DNA of 64,000 nt from the sequence record NC_019407.1. One strand, 5' to 3'. This document shows, one piece after another, positions 9,547-19,257 of this stretch. Position 1 is the stretch's first letter; every line of letters begins with the position of its first letter. A model generated the notes under the pieces. It saw only the letters and a list, made by a program, of their open reading frames with translations. It was not told the DNA's origin and did no database searches. The position numbers and the translations under genes were made by a program.

Positions 9547-12500
9547 CCGATTACACGCCGATCCTGAAGCTCCCTGAGGTCGCGCCGAACCAAAACCAGA
9601 AGGAAGACACGATCAACACCGCGCTCGCCATCCTGGAGAGCGCGATGAACAACGTGAAGGTCTATACCCTCACCGGCGCGGGGCCGCGCAACCTCACCGA
9701 GGACGACTACACCCGCTACTTCCTGCACCGGTTCTCGGGCCAGACCGCCGCCTACGAGGTCACCGTGCCGGCCGCCCTGCCGCGTTGGTTCGCGGTCGAG
9801 AACGCCGGCAGCTTCGCCATCACCGTGCGCTGCCAGGGGGTCACCGGCGGCCTGCCGTTCGAGGTTCCGCCCGGCAAGATCGGGCTGGCGGTCTCCGACG
9901 GCTCGGACGTCCGCACCGTCGTGCCGCAGTCGGGCATGGGCCTGCTCCAGGACCTCTCGGACGTCTCGGGCGTGCCGACCGACAAGCAGGTCCTGCGCTA
10001 CGACGCCGCCACCAGCCTGTGGAAGCCTTCGACCTTCACGATGGCCTTCACCCAACTGACCGACGTGCCGGGCAGCTATTCGGCCCAGCAAGGCAAGCTC
10101 GTGGCGGTCAACGCCGCCGGCACGGGTCTGGAGTTCGTCACCTCGGCCTCCAACGTCAACGACTTCCTCGACCTCACCGACACGCCCAGTTCCTATGCGG
10201 GCGCGGCGGGCAAGACCGTCAAGGTCTCGTCTGGTGGCACGGGCCTCGTGTTCGGGAGCCCGACCTTCCTGGAGAGCACCGACACCCCGTCCAGCTACAG
10301 CGGCGGCGCCAACAAGTTCGTCCGGGTCAATCCCGGCTCCAGCGCCCTGATCTTCTCGGACGTCAAGCTGACCGACCTCTCGGACGGGCCGGGGACCTAT
10401 ACCGGCTTCGGCGGCATGTTCCTGCGCGTCAAGAACGACGGCACGGGGTTCGAGTTCAACACCGGCTCGGGCGGCCCCGACAACTTCCTGGACCTGACCG
10501 ACACGCCTGACGCGTACACGGGTCAAGGTAACAAGGCCGTGCGCGTCAAATCCGACGTCTCGGGCCTGGAGTTCTATACCCCCAACTTCCTGCTCCTGTC
10601 GGACACCCCGGCCGACTATTCGGGCGCGGCCAACAAGGTCCTGCGCGTCAATGGCGCGGGCAACGCCGTCGTCTTCAGCACCCTGGCTTTCCAGGACCTC
10701 CAGAACGTCCCCACGGCCCAGGCCAACAAGTGGCTGCGCTGGAACCCGACGGCCACGGCGCTGATCAATGACACCCCGACCTTCCTGGGCCTGTCGGACA
10801 CCCCGGCGGCCTATGCCGGCAACGAGGGCAAGTACGTCTACGTCAAGGGGGACGGTTCGGGCCTGGGCTTCACTGCGACCTCGGCCAACCTGTCGTTCCT
10901 GGAGTTGAACGACACGATTGACACGACCTATGATTCCAAGACCGACATGGTGCCGATCGTCACCATCGTCTCGGGCTCGCCGGTCCTGCAACTGGGCTAT
11001 TACGCCTTCGCCAAGCTGGCGGGGGTCAGCCTGTCCTCGCCGACCAACGGCCAAATCCTCGGCTACAACGCCACCTCCGGCCTGTGGACCAACATCGACG
11101 CGCCCGAGGGCGGCGGCGGCTCGATCGGCGTGCCGTCGTATGGGGCGCATCCCTATTGGCGCCTGCTCCTGCACGCCACCGACGGCTCGACTGTCGAGTA
11201 CGGCATCCAGGAGATCGAGTTCAAGCACACCAAGACCGGGGCTGATCTGGCCACCGGCGGCACTGCTTCGGCCTCCACGACGGCCGAGGGCTCGCCGGAC
11301 GGGGCGTTCGACGACACCGTGGGCGCGGCGTGGTTCTCCTCGACGGCGGCGGACGGCGAGTGGATCAAGTACCACTTCACCGCGCCGGTCGATGTGCGCT
11401 ACCTGACCCTGAAGGGCTCGCAGTCGCGACCCAACGGCTCGCCCTCGGCCTTCTCGGTCCAGTACAGCGACGATGACTCGGTCTGGACCACCGCCTGGGA
11501 GGTGACGGGCCAGACGGGGTGGGCGGCGGGTCAGACCCGCGAGTTCCACGCCCCGATCGACCTCTTCTTCACCGACCTCGCCGACGCCCCGCCCAGCTAT
11601 ATCGGGCAGGCGGGCAAGGCCCTGCGCGTCAACACCGGCGAGACGGCGCTGGAGTTCTTCACCCCCGCCACGACGCTGGCGACCATGGGGGATGTCGACT
11701 TCACCTTCCCGCCGACCGATGGCCAGTTCCTGCGCTATGACAACGCGACCGGCAAGTGGAAACCCTATACGCTGACGTCCGAAGGGCAGAAGGCGGCCTT
11801 CCGGGGCGAATGGTCCGGCTCGGGCGAGAACGTCACCCTGACCTTTGACGCCTTGACCATTCCGAGCGTCCTGTCGCCGGACGCGCCGGGCTGGACGATC
11901 GTCGGGCAGGCCGACGCGACGGCTGGCACCACGCAGGCGCTGAAGTCGCGCCCGATCGGCAATAGCGGGCTCTGCTACGTTGAGCAGACCGTCAATTTCG
12001 TCGGCGATACGCCGTTCAAGGTGCGCTACAAGGTCTCTTCCGAATCGGTCGACGTCTTCCGCATCCTGGTCGACGGCTCGGTCGTGCTTACCGACAGCGG
12101 CAACAACGGGACGTTTGAAGAGTTCTCGACCACCCTGTCGGGTACGCACACCATCCGCTACCAGTACAGCAAGGACCCCAGCGTCGCGGTGGGGGACGAC
12201 TGCGTCTATATCAGCCAGATCACCTACAAGAAGACGGCGGACACGCCGTTCATCTATGGTGACACCGTCACCTATCTCGGCAATACCTTCTTCTGCCTGA
12301 TCGACAACACCACCGAGACGCCGGGTGTGGGAACGGACTGGTCGATGTTCGGCGGCTCGGGCTCGGGCACCTTCCTGGGTCTCACCGACACCCCGGCCAG
12401 CTATTCGGGACAGTCGCTCAAGGCCGTGCGGGTCAAGGCCGACGAGACGGGCCTGGAGTTCTACACCGCCGCGACCGGCGGCAGCGGCGGTTCGGGCGGC

Positions 12501-13781
12501 GTCCTACCCGAGCGCACGCGCCTGCATCGCACCACCACCCAGGCGATCCCGTCGGGGACCTGGACGGCCGTCCAGTGGGACTCGGAAGTGGAGGACCCGG
12601 TCGGGGCCTTCGTGTCGAGCGCCAATACCCGCATCACCGTCCCGGCCGGCGTCCAGAAGGCGCGGGTGACGGCCTACACGACCTGGAACACCAGCCCCAC
12701 CAGCGCGACGATTGGCTTGGCGCTGCGGCGCAATGGCGTCGAGATTGGCGCCTCGGGCGGCACCAACATCGCCGCCACCCGGACGGGGTTCGCCGAAAGC
12801 CACTTGAACCTCACCTCTGAGTGGTTCTCGGTCACGCAGGGCGACTACTACGAGGTCTATGTCCTCCAGAACTCCGGCTCCTCCCAGTCCCTGAACGGGC
12901 CGGTGTCGAAGTTCGGCGAGCACTCCTATGTCCAGTTCGAGTGGGACGTGGGACCGGCGGCCCAGCAGTACGAAGCCCACGCCGCCCATCAGGGCTGGCG
13001 CGTGATCGTCACCGAGAGCCAAACCGACACCTTCGCGACCCTAGCGGAATTGAAGTTCTACGACCGGTCTGGAACTCTGGTTCCGACGACGGGTGGCAAG
13101 GTCTACGACACCAATTCCCATGGGACCTATCCGGCCTCCCAGGCGTTCGACGGCAACACCGCCACCTACTGGTCGTCGTTGCAGCAGACCTCGACCGACC
13201 TCCCCGGCGGCCCCGGCTATATCTTCGCCTCGGGCGTGGACGTGGGGTCGTTCAAGATCACCACCACCGGCTCGGACTTCAACACCACCAACTCGCCCAA
13301 GAACTTCTCGCTGCAATATACCGACGACGATGGGGCGTCGTGGAAGACCTACGCGGTCTACACCAACCAGACGGGTTGGGGCGTCAGCGAGGAACGCACC
13401 TTCACCGTGCCGGTGGTGGGCGTGGCGGCCAACGCGCCGGGCGGCGGCAACACCTCGGCCGACTTTGGCTCCTTCATCGCCGGCAAGCCCCTGGCCAGCG
13501 AGAAAGCGATCCGCTTCGTGGTCGCCACCCCGTTCACGGTCACGACCGGCGTCCACCAAGGCTCGGCCGAGACGGCGGCGACCGCTTCGCGCACGTTCAG
13601 CTTCGCCAAGAATGGCGTTGAGTTCCTGACCGCGACCTTCGCGGCGGCGGGGACGGTGGCCACGTTCTCGGCCAACACCGCCACGAGCTTCGCCGCCGGG
13701 GACATCCTGCTGATCACCGCCCCGTCGACCCAGGACGCCACCCTGGCGGACATCTCCTTCACCCTCAAGGGAATCCGATAG
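9543..13781 (+). CDS. Long tail fibre with ~10 shaft repeats and discoidin (F5/8C)-like and C1q-like domains
   Basis: Repeats F(L/T)xLTDTPxxYxG..K.VRV...TGLEF; two AFD(D/G)N/T...W(F/S)S discoidin-like segments; 1412 aa. Confidence 0.85.
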   Translation: MTDYTPILKLPEVAPNQNQKEDTINTALAILESAMNNVKVYTLTGAGPRNLTEDDYTRYFLHRFSGQTAAYEVTVPAALPRWFAVENAGSFAITVRCQGVTGGLPFEVPPGKIGLAVSDGSDVRTVVPQSGMGLLQDLSDVSGVPTDKQVLRYDAATSLWKPSTFTMAFTQLTDVPGSYSAQQGKLVAVNAAGTGLEFVTSASNVNDFLDLTDTPSSYAGAAGKTVKVSSGGTGLVFGSPTFLESTDTPSSYSGGANKFVRVNPGSSALIFSDVKLTDLSDGPGTYTGFGGMFLRVKNDGTGFEFNTGSGGPDNFLDLTDTPDAYTGQGNKAVRVKSDVSGLEFYTPNFLLLSDTPADYSGAANKVLRVNGAGNAVVFSTLAFQDLQNVPTAQANKWLRWNPTATALINDTPTFLGLSDTPAAYAGNEGKYVYVKGDGSGLGFTATSANLSFLELNDTIDTTYDSKTDMVPIVTIVSGSPVLQLGYYAFAKLAGVSLSSPTNGQILGYNATSGLWTNIDAPEGGGGSIGVPSYGAHPYWRLLLHATDGSTVEYGIQEIEFKHTKTGADLATGGTASASTTAEGSPDGAFDDTVGAAWFSSTAADGEWIKYHFTAPVDVRYLTLKGSQSRPNGSPSAFSVQYSDDDSVWTTAWEVTGQTGWAAGQTREFHAPIDLFFTDLADAPPSYIGQAGKALRVNTGETALEFFTPATTLATMGDVDFTFPPTDGQFLRYDNATGKWKPYTLTSEGQKAAFRGEWSGSGENVTLTFDALTIPSVLSPDAPGWTIVGQADATAGTTQALKSRPIGNSGLCYVEQTVNFVGDTPFKVRYKVSSESVDVFRILVDGSVVLTDSGNNGTFEEFSTTLSGTHTIRYQYSKDPSVAVGDDCVYISQITYKKTADTPFIYGDTVTYLGNTFFCLIDNTTETPGVGTDWSMFGGSGSGTFLGLTDTPASYSGQSLKAVRVKADETGLEFYTAATGGSGGSGGVLPERTRLHRTTTQAIPSGTWTAVQWDSEVEDPVGAFVSSANTRITVPAGVQKARVTAYTTWNTSPTSATIGLALRRNGVEIGASGGTNIAATRTGFAESHLNLTSEWFSVTQGDYYEVYVLQNSGSSQSLNGPVSKFGEHSYVQFEWDVGPAAQQYEAHAAHQGWRVIVTESQTDTFATLAELKFYDRSGTLVPTTGGKVYDTNSHGTYPASQAFDGNTATYWSSLQQTSTDLPGGPGYIFASGVDVGSFKITTTGSDFNTTNSPKNFSLQYTDDDGASWKTYAVYTNQTGWGVSEERTFTVPVVGVAANAPGGGNTSADFGSFIAGKPLASEKAIRFVVATPFTVTTGVHQGSAETAATASRTFSFAKNGVEFLTATFAAAGTVATFSANTATSFAAGDILLITAPSTQDATLADISFTLKGIR

Positions 13782-13991
13782 ATGGCCGACGGTACGGCTC
13801 GCGTAACACAGGAGACGGTGGAGATCATCTCCACCGGCCCCAAGCCCGTTCGCCTGACCCAGGAGACGGTGGAGGTCATCTCGACCTCCCAACGTCCCAC
13901 CCGTTTGACCCAGGTCACCGTGGAGGTGATCCGATCGATCGGGATCGTGACGGAACGCCCGCGCCGCCTCATCTTCATGCTCGGAGCCTGA
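13782..13991 (+). CDS. Small virion-associated protein with three R(V/L)TQxTVE(I/V)I repeats
   Basis: Abuts both neighbours; high GC3; internal 18-aa periodicity. Confidence 0.7.
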   Translation: MADGTARVTQETVEIISTGPKPVRLTQETVEVISTSQRPTRLTQVTVEVIRSIGIVTERPRRLIFMLGA

Positions 13992-13992
13992 C

Positions 13993-15081
13993 ATGGCCTA
14001 TATTTTCGTCGACGGCTGCGACAGCGGCAGTAACGCCACCAACACCCCGATGGCTCAGAAGTGGAGTTGGGCCGTCACCAATACGAGCTACCTTAACTGG
14101 GGCGGTACGGGGCGCTTCGGCGGTCAGGCCTACTATGGCGGAGCCACCACGCTCAACATCTATGGCGCCGGAAAGTCTTTCCCGATCACCGGGACGGCGG
14201 TCGGCACCGATGAGTTCTTCATGGGGTGCAGTCTCTACATGGCCGGCACGCCGAGCGGGGGCTACATCATGGCGTTCCAGAACACGTCCCCGGTGCTCGA
14301 TGGGTCGGTCACCTTTAGCACCGGGTCGGCGCCCACCCAATTGTCGATCCGCCTGACCGGTTCGATGACTCTGGCGATCTATCGGGGCGCGACGCTCCTG
14401 GCGACGGGCACCACGGTCCTGACGGCGGCCCAATGGTATCGCATCGAGGCGCGGATCGTGATCTCCAACACCGGGGTGTTCGATATTCGCCTGAACGGCA
14501 ATCCCGAGATCACTTTCTCGGGCGACACCTACGATACGGGCGACCAGGGCGTGCGGCAGTTCTGCATCGTTCCGACCGCCAACACCACCGCGTCGCTGCG
14601 TTTCGACGACATCGTGCTCTACAACAGCGCGGCGGTCGAGGGCGAGCCGACGACGTGGCTGGGCGATCTGCGGATCGACACCCTGCGGCCGACCGCCAAC
14701 GGCGATGTCGTCAACTCCACGCCGCTCTCGGGCGCGGCCTATGCGGCGGTCGATGAGGTGGCTATCGACGGCGACACCACCTATACCGAGTCGACCAACA
14801 TCGGCGACAAGGACCTCTATCAGCTTGGCGACCTGACCGAAACGCCGCAGACGATCCATGCCGTGGTCGTTACCGCCGTGGCCAAGTCGACGGGTACGAC
14901 CAACCGGGCGATCAAGCTCAAGGTCAAGTCAAGCGTCGAGAGCGACAGCGCCGCCAAGACCGTGCCGCTGAGCGCCTATGGAGGCCTGCAAGCGGCGTTC
15001 TCTCGTGATCCGGCGACGACGGCGGCCTGGACCGCGACTGCCGTCAACGGCATGCAGGCTGGCTGGCAGGTCGACACCTGA
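13993..15081 (+). CDS. Putative tail protein with concanavalin/LamG-like beta-sandwich
   Basis: Thr/Gly/Trp-rich; QWYRIEARI and LRFDDIVLY strands; tail cluster context. Confidence 0.6.
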   Translation: MAYIFVDGCDSGSNATNTPMAQKWSWAVTNTSYLNWGGTGRFGGQAYYGGATTLNIYGAGKSFPITGTAVGTDEFFMGCSLYMAGTPSGGYIMAFQNTSPVLDGSVTFSTGSAPTQLSIRLTGSMTLAIYRGATLLATGTTVLTAAQWYRIEARIVISNTGVFDIRLNGNPEITFSGDTYDTGDQGVRQFCIVPTANTTASLRFDDIVLYNSAAVEGEPTTWLGDLRIDTLRPTANGDVVNSTPLSGAAYAAVDEVAIDGDTTYTESTNIGDKDLYQLGDLTETPQTIHAVVVTAVAKSTGTTNRAIKLKVKSSVESDSAAKTVPLSAYGGLQAAFSRDPATTAAWTATAVNGMQAGWQVDT

Positions 15082-15086
15082 CGAAT

Positions 15087-15101
15087 GTCGTGAATCTTGA
15101 C
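15087..15101 (+). promoter_or_regulatory. GTCGTGAATCTTGAC element upstream of lysis cassette
   Basis: Exact motif copy in the intergenic gap before the endolysin. Confidence 0.75.
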
Positions 15102-15160
15102 ATCGGCATGTTTCCGGACCATAGTCAAGACCTTGATTTTCAGCACTTCCGGAATTCCAC

Positions 15161-15802
15161 ATGCGTGTCTCCGACACCGGCCTGAAGCTGATCCAGGCCT
15201 GGGAAGGCCTCGGTGACGGGAACCCCGCCACGGTCGACCTGGAGCCTTATGTCTGCCCGGCCAAGGTCTGGACGGTCGGTTGGGGGCACGCCCTGAAGAC
15301 GCCGACCGGTCAGATCATCGACGTCGACGTCTTCGGCGCCGCCAGGGCCAAGGTCCTGGCGGCCGAATCCATGCAGCGCAAGTTTGGCAAGGGTGCGATC
15401 TCCCGTGATCAGGCCGTCGCCCTGCTGCGCGAGGATGTCACCGGCTTCGAGCGCTCGGTCGACAAGATGATCGGCGCGGCCGGCGCCACCCAGGCCCAGT
15501 TCGACGCCCTGGTCTCGTTCGCCTTCAACTGCGGTTCGGCCAACCTCCAATCCTCGACCCTCCTGCGCCTGCACAACGCCGGCAAGCGCGCGGTGGGCGA
15601 CGTATCGATGTCGGCGCTCTGCAAGGAGAGCAAGCTCTCCACGCCGATCGGCAACATCGCCGTGGCCTTCTCGCGCTGGAACAAGGTCAACAAGGTCTGG
15701 GCGCTGGGACTGTTCCGCCGCCGGCTGTCCGAGGTCCTGGTCTATGGCGGGCATAATCCCGACGAGGCGGTCAAGGCCGCCCAGGGCTTCAAGGGCTGCT
15801 GA
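15161..15802 (+). CDS. Endolysin, GH24 lysozyme family
   Basis: LKLIQAWEG, YVCPAKVWTVGWGH, QFDALVSFAFNCG and GLFRRRLSE motifs. Confidence 0.93.
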   Translation: MRVSDTGLKLIQAWEGLGDGNPATVDLEPYVCPAKVWTVGWGHALKTPTGQIIDVDVFGAARAKVLAAESMQRKFGKGAISRDQAVALLREDVTGFERSVDKMIGAAGATQAQFDALVSFAFNCGSANLQSSTLLRLHNAGKRAVGDVSMSALCKESKLSTPIGNIAVAFSRWNKVNKVWALGLFRRRLSEVLVYGGHNPDEAVKAAQGFKGC

Positions 15803-15804
15803 TC

Positions 15805-16293
15805 ATGAGCCTGTTCGGTGTCATCGCCCTGGCCTGGAAGTTCTTCCTCAACCCGGCCGTCATGGGCGTCGTCTTCGCGGCGATCGCCGCCCTGACGGGA
15901 TTGTGGCTGCTGGGCGGCCCGGTCCTGTTTTGGAAGGTGGTGCGCGACGCGCGCCTCTGGCTCGTCGTCGCCTGCGCGGCGGTGATTTTCGGCTACGCCC
16001 ATCTCCAGACCAAGCTCGAAAAGGCCGAGCAGCGTCTGGAGGAGATCGCCGACCAGAAGCAGGCCCATGACGACGGCCAGGAGGTCGTCAAGAACAACAT
16101 CAAAAAGCAGGTCAAGCGCGCCAAGCAGGCGGCCAAGTACCAAGAGGTTATTCACGATGCCCCGACTGGCGAAAAGCTCGACGCGCTCCTCGACGAGTTC
16201 GCGCGTGATCAAGGCGGTGCTGCTCCCGTCCCTGGTGATGCTCAGCCTGACCCTGGCGGCGTGTCAAACCGTCCCGGTCGGGTTCTCCCCTGA
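15805..16293 (+). CDS. Inner-membrane spanin (Rz-like)
   Basis: N-terminal hydrophobic helices then coiled-coil; overlaps the lipoprotein gene. Confidence 0.8.
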   Translation: MSLFGVIALAWKFFLNPAVMGVVFAAIAALTGLWLLGGPVLFWKVVRDARLWLVVACAAVIFGYAHLQTKLEKAEQRLEEIADQKQAHDDGQEVVKNNIKKQVKRAKQAAKYQEVIHDAPTGEKLDALLDEFARDQGGAAPVPGDAQPDPGGVSNRPGRVLP

Positions 16294-16546
16294 CGACCTC
16301 TATCCCAAGGAACTGCGGACCTGCGCGCCCGCGCCGCAGGTCCCCCCGCGCCCGGCGCCCGGCGCGCCCCGCCCCGAGGACGTCCAGGCCGGCTACGTCA
16401 AGGATGACCATCTCGCCGGCGCCGACTGCCGCGACAAGGTCGAATCCTGGAACGAGCGGGCCGTCAAGTACGAGGCCCAGTACAAGGCCATGAACGCCGG
16501 CCCGGTCGGCAAGTTCTTCGGCAAGCTCAAGGGGAAGACGCAGTGA
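16157..16546 (+). CDS. Outer-membrane spanin lipoprotein (Rz1-like)
   Basis: Signal peptide with lipobox LAA-C, Pro-rich mature region, overlaps the Rz 3' end in another frame. Start could be ATG 16157 or a later codon. Confidence 0.82.
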   Translation: MPRLAKSSTRSSTSSRVIKAVLLPSLVMLSLTLAACQTVPVGFSPDDLYPKELRTCAPAPQVPPRPAPGAPRPEDVQAGYVKDDHLAGADCRDKVESWNERAVKYEAQYKAMNAGPVGKFFGKLKGKTQ

Positions 16547-17022
16547 CGCCGCCCTGGATCGCCGCGCCGCTGCGGGTCTGCGGCAACTTCTTCCGCTGGG
16601 TCCGCTTGACCCTGGACACGCTCTGCGATCGCCCTGACCACCTCCAGCGCCTGTCGATCATCGGCTCGGGCATGGCGGCCTTCCCGCTGATCATCGGGAT
16701 CATCGCGATCCTGGTGCATTTCGGTCTGCACGGGCCGGACAGCGCCGCCGCCCTGGCGACCATCCCGATCATCGGCAACATGGGCTATGGCGCCCTGGCG
16801 CTCTACGCCCTCTCCCAGGTGGCGCTCCTGGGGATCATTAAGGGCGTGCGTCTTTCCGGTCCCGGCGGCGTCAATGTCGAGATCGAGACCACCTCGGGCG
16901 ATGGCGACGGCCTGTCCGACACCCACACCACGATCGTCGAGCGCGGCCGGCGTCACGGCCGCGATCACGATTGTGTCCCCAACCCTCAAGCCGGCTCTGG
17001 CGCCGGCGCTATCACGGAGTAG
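16543..17022 (+). CDS. Putative holin
   Basis: Two hydrophobic segments, charged C-terminus, last large gene of the lysis cassette. Confidence 0.6.
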   Translation: MTPPWIAAPLRVCGNFFRWVRLTLDTLCDRPDHLQRLSIIGSGMAAFPLIIGIIAILVHFGLHGPDSAAALATIPIIGNMGYGALALYALSQVALLGIIKGVRLSGPGGVNVEIETTSGDGDGLSDTHTTIVERGRRHGRDHDCVPNPQAGSGAGAITE

Positions 17023-17027
17023 GGACC

Positions 17028-17201
17028 ATGCGCGAAGGCTTCATGCTGGAAGGCTATGGCGGTCTGAAGATCGGTCCGGGCGGCGGGGCTGGCCCGTACA
17101 CGACCTTGGGCGACGGCGGCTCGGAAGGCTGCATCCCGGTCAAGGACGACATCTCCGGCGACAGCGGGACCGAGATCATCTCCCCGCTCGGCTATGGCTA
17201 A
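17028..17201 (+). CDS. Small Gly-rich hypothetical protein (57 aa)
   Basis: ATG at 17028 after AGGGA; high GC3; fills the gap to the next promoter. Confidence 0.5.
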   Translation: MREGFMLEGYGGLKIGPGGGAGPYTTLGDGGSEGCIPVKDDISGDSGTEIISPLGYG

Positions 17202-17232
17202 CCTTGCGACATAGGGTCGCATGTCATGATCC

Positions 17233-17261
17233 TTGACAGAACGACGATCTTCGAGTATGGT
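17233..17261 (+). promoter_or_regulatory. Sigma70-type promoter
   Basis: TTGACA-17 nt-TATGGT. Confidence 0.75.
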
Positions 17262-17267
17262 CGCGGC

Positions 17268-17560
17268 TCTTCGACGGCATCCCACCGTCACCCATGGCTC
17301 GCGACCCACCGTTCGCAGGGAGATGCTCGCGACCAAGGCGGTAGCCGGAACGACGCTAGGCTGCAAAGCCAAGCCTCCGGAACACGCAGCAGCCGGCTGG
17401 AACGCTAGGCCGTTACGTCCAAACGGGGCCAGGACCTGTGAGGCGAAAGCCGAAAGGCCCCACCACCCGACAAGGGTTCACGCGTGATGCGGAAGAGGGA
17501 CGTCAGTCCTGAAGTGTCTCAGGTGCAGAAGGCCCGTCGGGAAACCGGCGGGCCTTTTTC
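17268..17560 (+). ncRNA. Candidate ~290-nt structured ncRNA
   Basis: Bounded by promoter and intrinsic terminator; no credible ORF; GCAA and GAAA tetraloop hairpins and a GGGGCC/GGCCCC stem. Confidence 0.6.
17529..17559. terminator. Bidirectional intrinsic terminator
   Basis: AAGGCCCGTCGG-GAAA-CCGGCGGGCCTTTTT. Confidence 0.9.
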
Positions 17561-17578
17561 TGGTCTGGAGACTAGGGC

Positions 17579-18379
17579 CTAGTCGACCGCTTCCAGGCGT
17601 CGGCGCTTGGGGGCGCTCGTCGGCATGGACGGGGCCAGATCGCCGATCTTGCCGACCACCTTGCCGAGGAACACGATCCGCTTGGGATCGACGTCGACAT
17701 GATCCTTCAGGTCGGCGCTATAGACCCGGAACGCGCCGCCCTTGGAGGGACGGGTGACGTGCGCGACCTGCATGACCTTGTCCAGGCCGTAGACGAACTC
17801 GCCGCCGGCGGTGCTGGGCTCGACATCGCGGCGGACCACCGCCATGTCGCCCGGCTTGAGGCCAGGGGCGAAGTCGTGGATCGGGGCCAGGGCCAGATCG
17901 GTCGGCTCGGCCTCGAAGCGCTCGCGAAGCCAGTCGGGATCGAGGTTCCAGGTCCGGGCGCGCTTGAACTCGCCAAGGCGGCCTTTGAAGGTCACTTCCT
18001 CGACCGGGTTGGGCGCGCCGACCCCGAAGGTGATGTATTCGGGCGTCGTCTTCAGGACGTGGGCGATCTGCTCCAGCACGTCGATGTGCGGCTTGACGCT
18101 GTCGGACTCGTACATGATGTACGCCGTGCGCGCCAGCGGCCGGCGCTCGCCAGCCTGCTTCGGCTCCCAGCCCGGTTTGGTGCTGGAGTCCTTGCGGGAA
18201 TTGCTCTGCTGGGTCAGGAAGATCATCTTGGCGACCTGTTCCTGAGTCAGGTCGAGGGCCTTCCGGCAGGCGGTGATCCGCTGCCCGATGGTCTGAGGAT
18301 GCGCAAGATCGGCATCCTTGTGGATCAAGGAACGAGCGCGATGGGGCACCATCGGCTTCAGTTCGGCCACGGCTTGCAT
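17579..18379 (-). CDS. XRE-family HTH regulator with degenerate S24-like C-terminal domain (CI-like)
   Basis: IGQRITACRKALDLTQEQVA HTH; C-terminal LKPGDMAVV...FLGKVVG. Confidence 0.8.
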   Translation of the reverse strand: MQAVAELKPMVPHRARSLIHKDADLAHPQTIGQRITACRKALDLTQEQVAKMIFLTQQSNSRKDSSTKPGWEPKQAGERRPLARTAYIMYESDSVKPHIDVLEQIAHVLKTTPEYITFGVGAPNPVEEVTFKGRLGEFKRARTWNLDPDWLRERFEAEPTDLALAPIHDFAPGLKPGDMAVVRRDVEPSTAGGEFVYGLDKVMQVAHVTRPSKGGAFRVYSADLKDHVDVDPKRIVFLGKVVGKIGDLAPSMPTSAPKRRRLEAVD

Positions 18380-18556
18380 TTCGTTCTCCTCCGTCCGTCG
18401 GGAACCGCGTCATTCGGTGTCGGGGTAACACCTGACATTTGCGATGGTTCCACGCCGCAACGTTTCCTTGTCGAAATTGACAAAGAGGGGATGTACACCC
18501 TCTTTGGCAACACATCAAGGCCAGAGATGAAAAAAGTTGTTAACCCGACTTAAGGC

Positions 18557-19240
18557 TCAGGCGCCGGTCGAGCCGAAGCCGCCCGCGCCCCGTTCGGTGT
18601 CGTCCAGGCTATCGACCTCGACGACCGGCACGATCAGGCACTGTTCGAGGATGATCTGGGCGATGCGATCGCCGGGCTTGATCTCCACGGTCTCCCCGAA
18701 GAAGGGCGCGCCGAAGACGTCGGCCTGCTTGCCGTGGTGGGTCAGGATGACCTTGACCTCGCCGGTGTAGTCCTCGTCCACCACGCCGGCCAGGACCCCG
18801 ATGCCCTTGACGCCCAGGCCCGAGCGCGGGGCGACGCGGGCGTAGGTTCCCTCGGGCGCGGTGATCGAGAGGCCCGTCGACAGCAGGGCGCGATCGCCGG
18901 GGTTCAGGCGCACCGTCGTCTCGCCGTCGTAATAGACGTCCAGGCCGGCGGCCTTGGGCGAGCCGCGCGTCGGGAGCTTGGCGGTTTGGGTCAGACGCTT
19001 GACCTTCAGAACCGGGCCGTCGTGCTGCATCTTGGTCAAACCCCTCGCCTCCTCCCAGGACAGAAACTGGACGTCGCGCGTGAAACGCCCGTAGAGCACG
19101 ACGTTCTGGTCGACGCCCGAGCGGACGTCCACCTCGATGCCGGCGCCCCGAAGGGCGTCGGCGAGGGTGTAGGCCTGCTCAGCTTGCGCAGTCCTTTGAT
19201 AGAAGACGGTAGCTCGGCCGTAAAGGAGGGTCGGGGACAT
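18557..19240 (-). CDS. dut: dUTPase with N-terminal extension
   Basis: AAGLDV, APRSGL, GVVDEDYTGEV, GDRIAQ and RGAGGFGSTG motifs. Confidence 0.95.
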   Translation of the reverse strand: MSPTLLYGRATVFYQRTAQAEQAYTLADALRGAGIEVDVRSGVDQNVVLYGRFTRDVQFLSWEEARGLTKMQHDGPVLKVKRLTQTAKLPTRGSPKAAGLDVYYDGETTVRLNPGDRALLSTGLSITAPEGTYARVAPRSGLGVKGIGVLAGVVDEDYTGEVKVILTHHGKQADVFGAPFFGETVEIKPGDRIAQIILEQCLIVPVVEVDSLDDTERGAGGFGSTGA

Positions 19241-19257
19241 TATTTTCGGGCCTCTGG

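Noticed and set aside
17425-17462. Hammerhead-like core CTGTGA-GGC-GAAA-GCC-GAAA closed by GGGGCC/GGCCCC
   Set aside because: Lacks A6 of CUGANGA, has no stem I, and the cleavage-site position reads AG rather than UH. Kept only as part of the 290-nt RNA.
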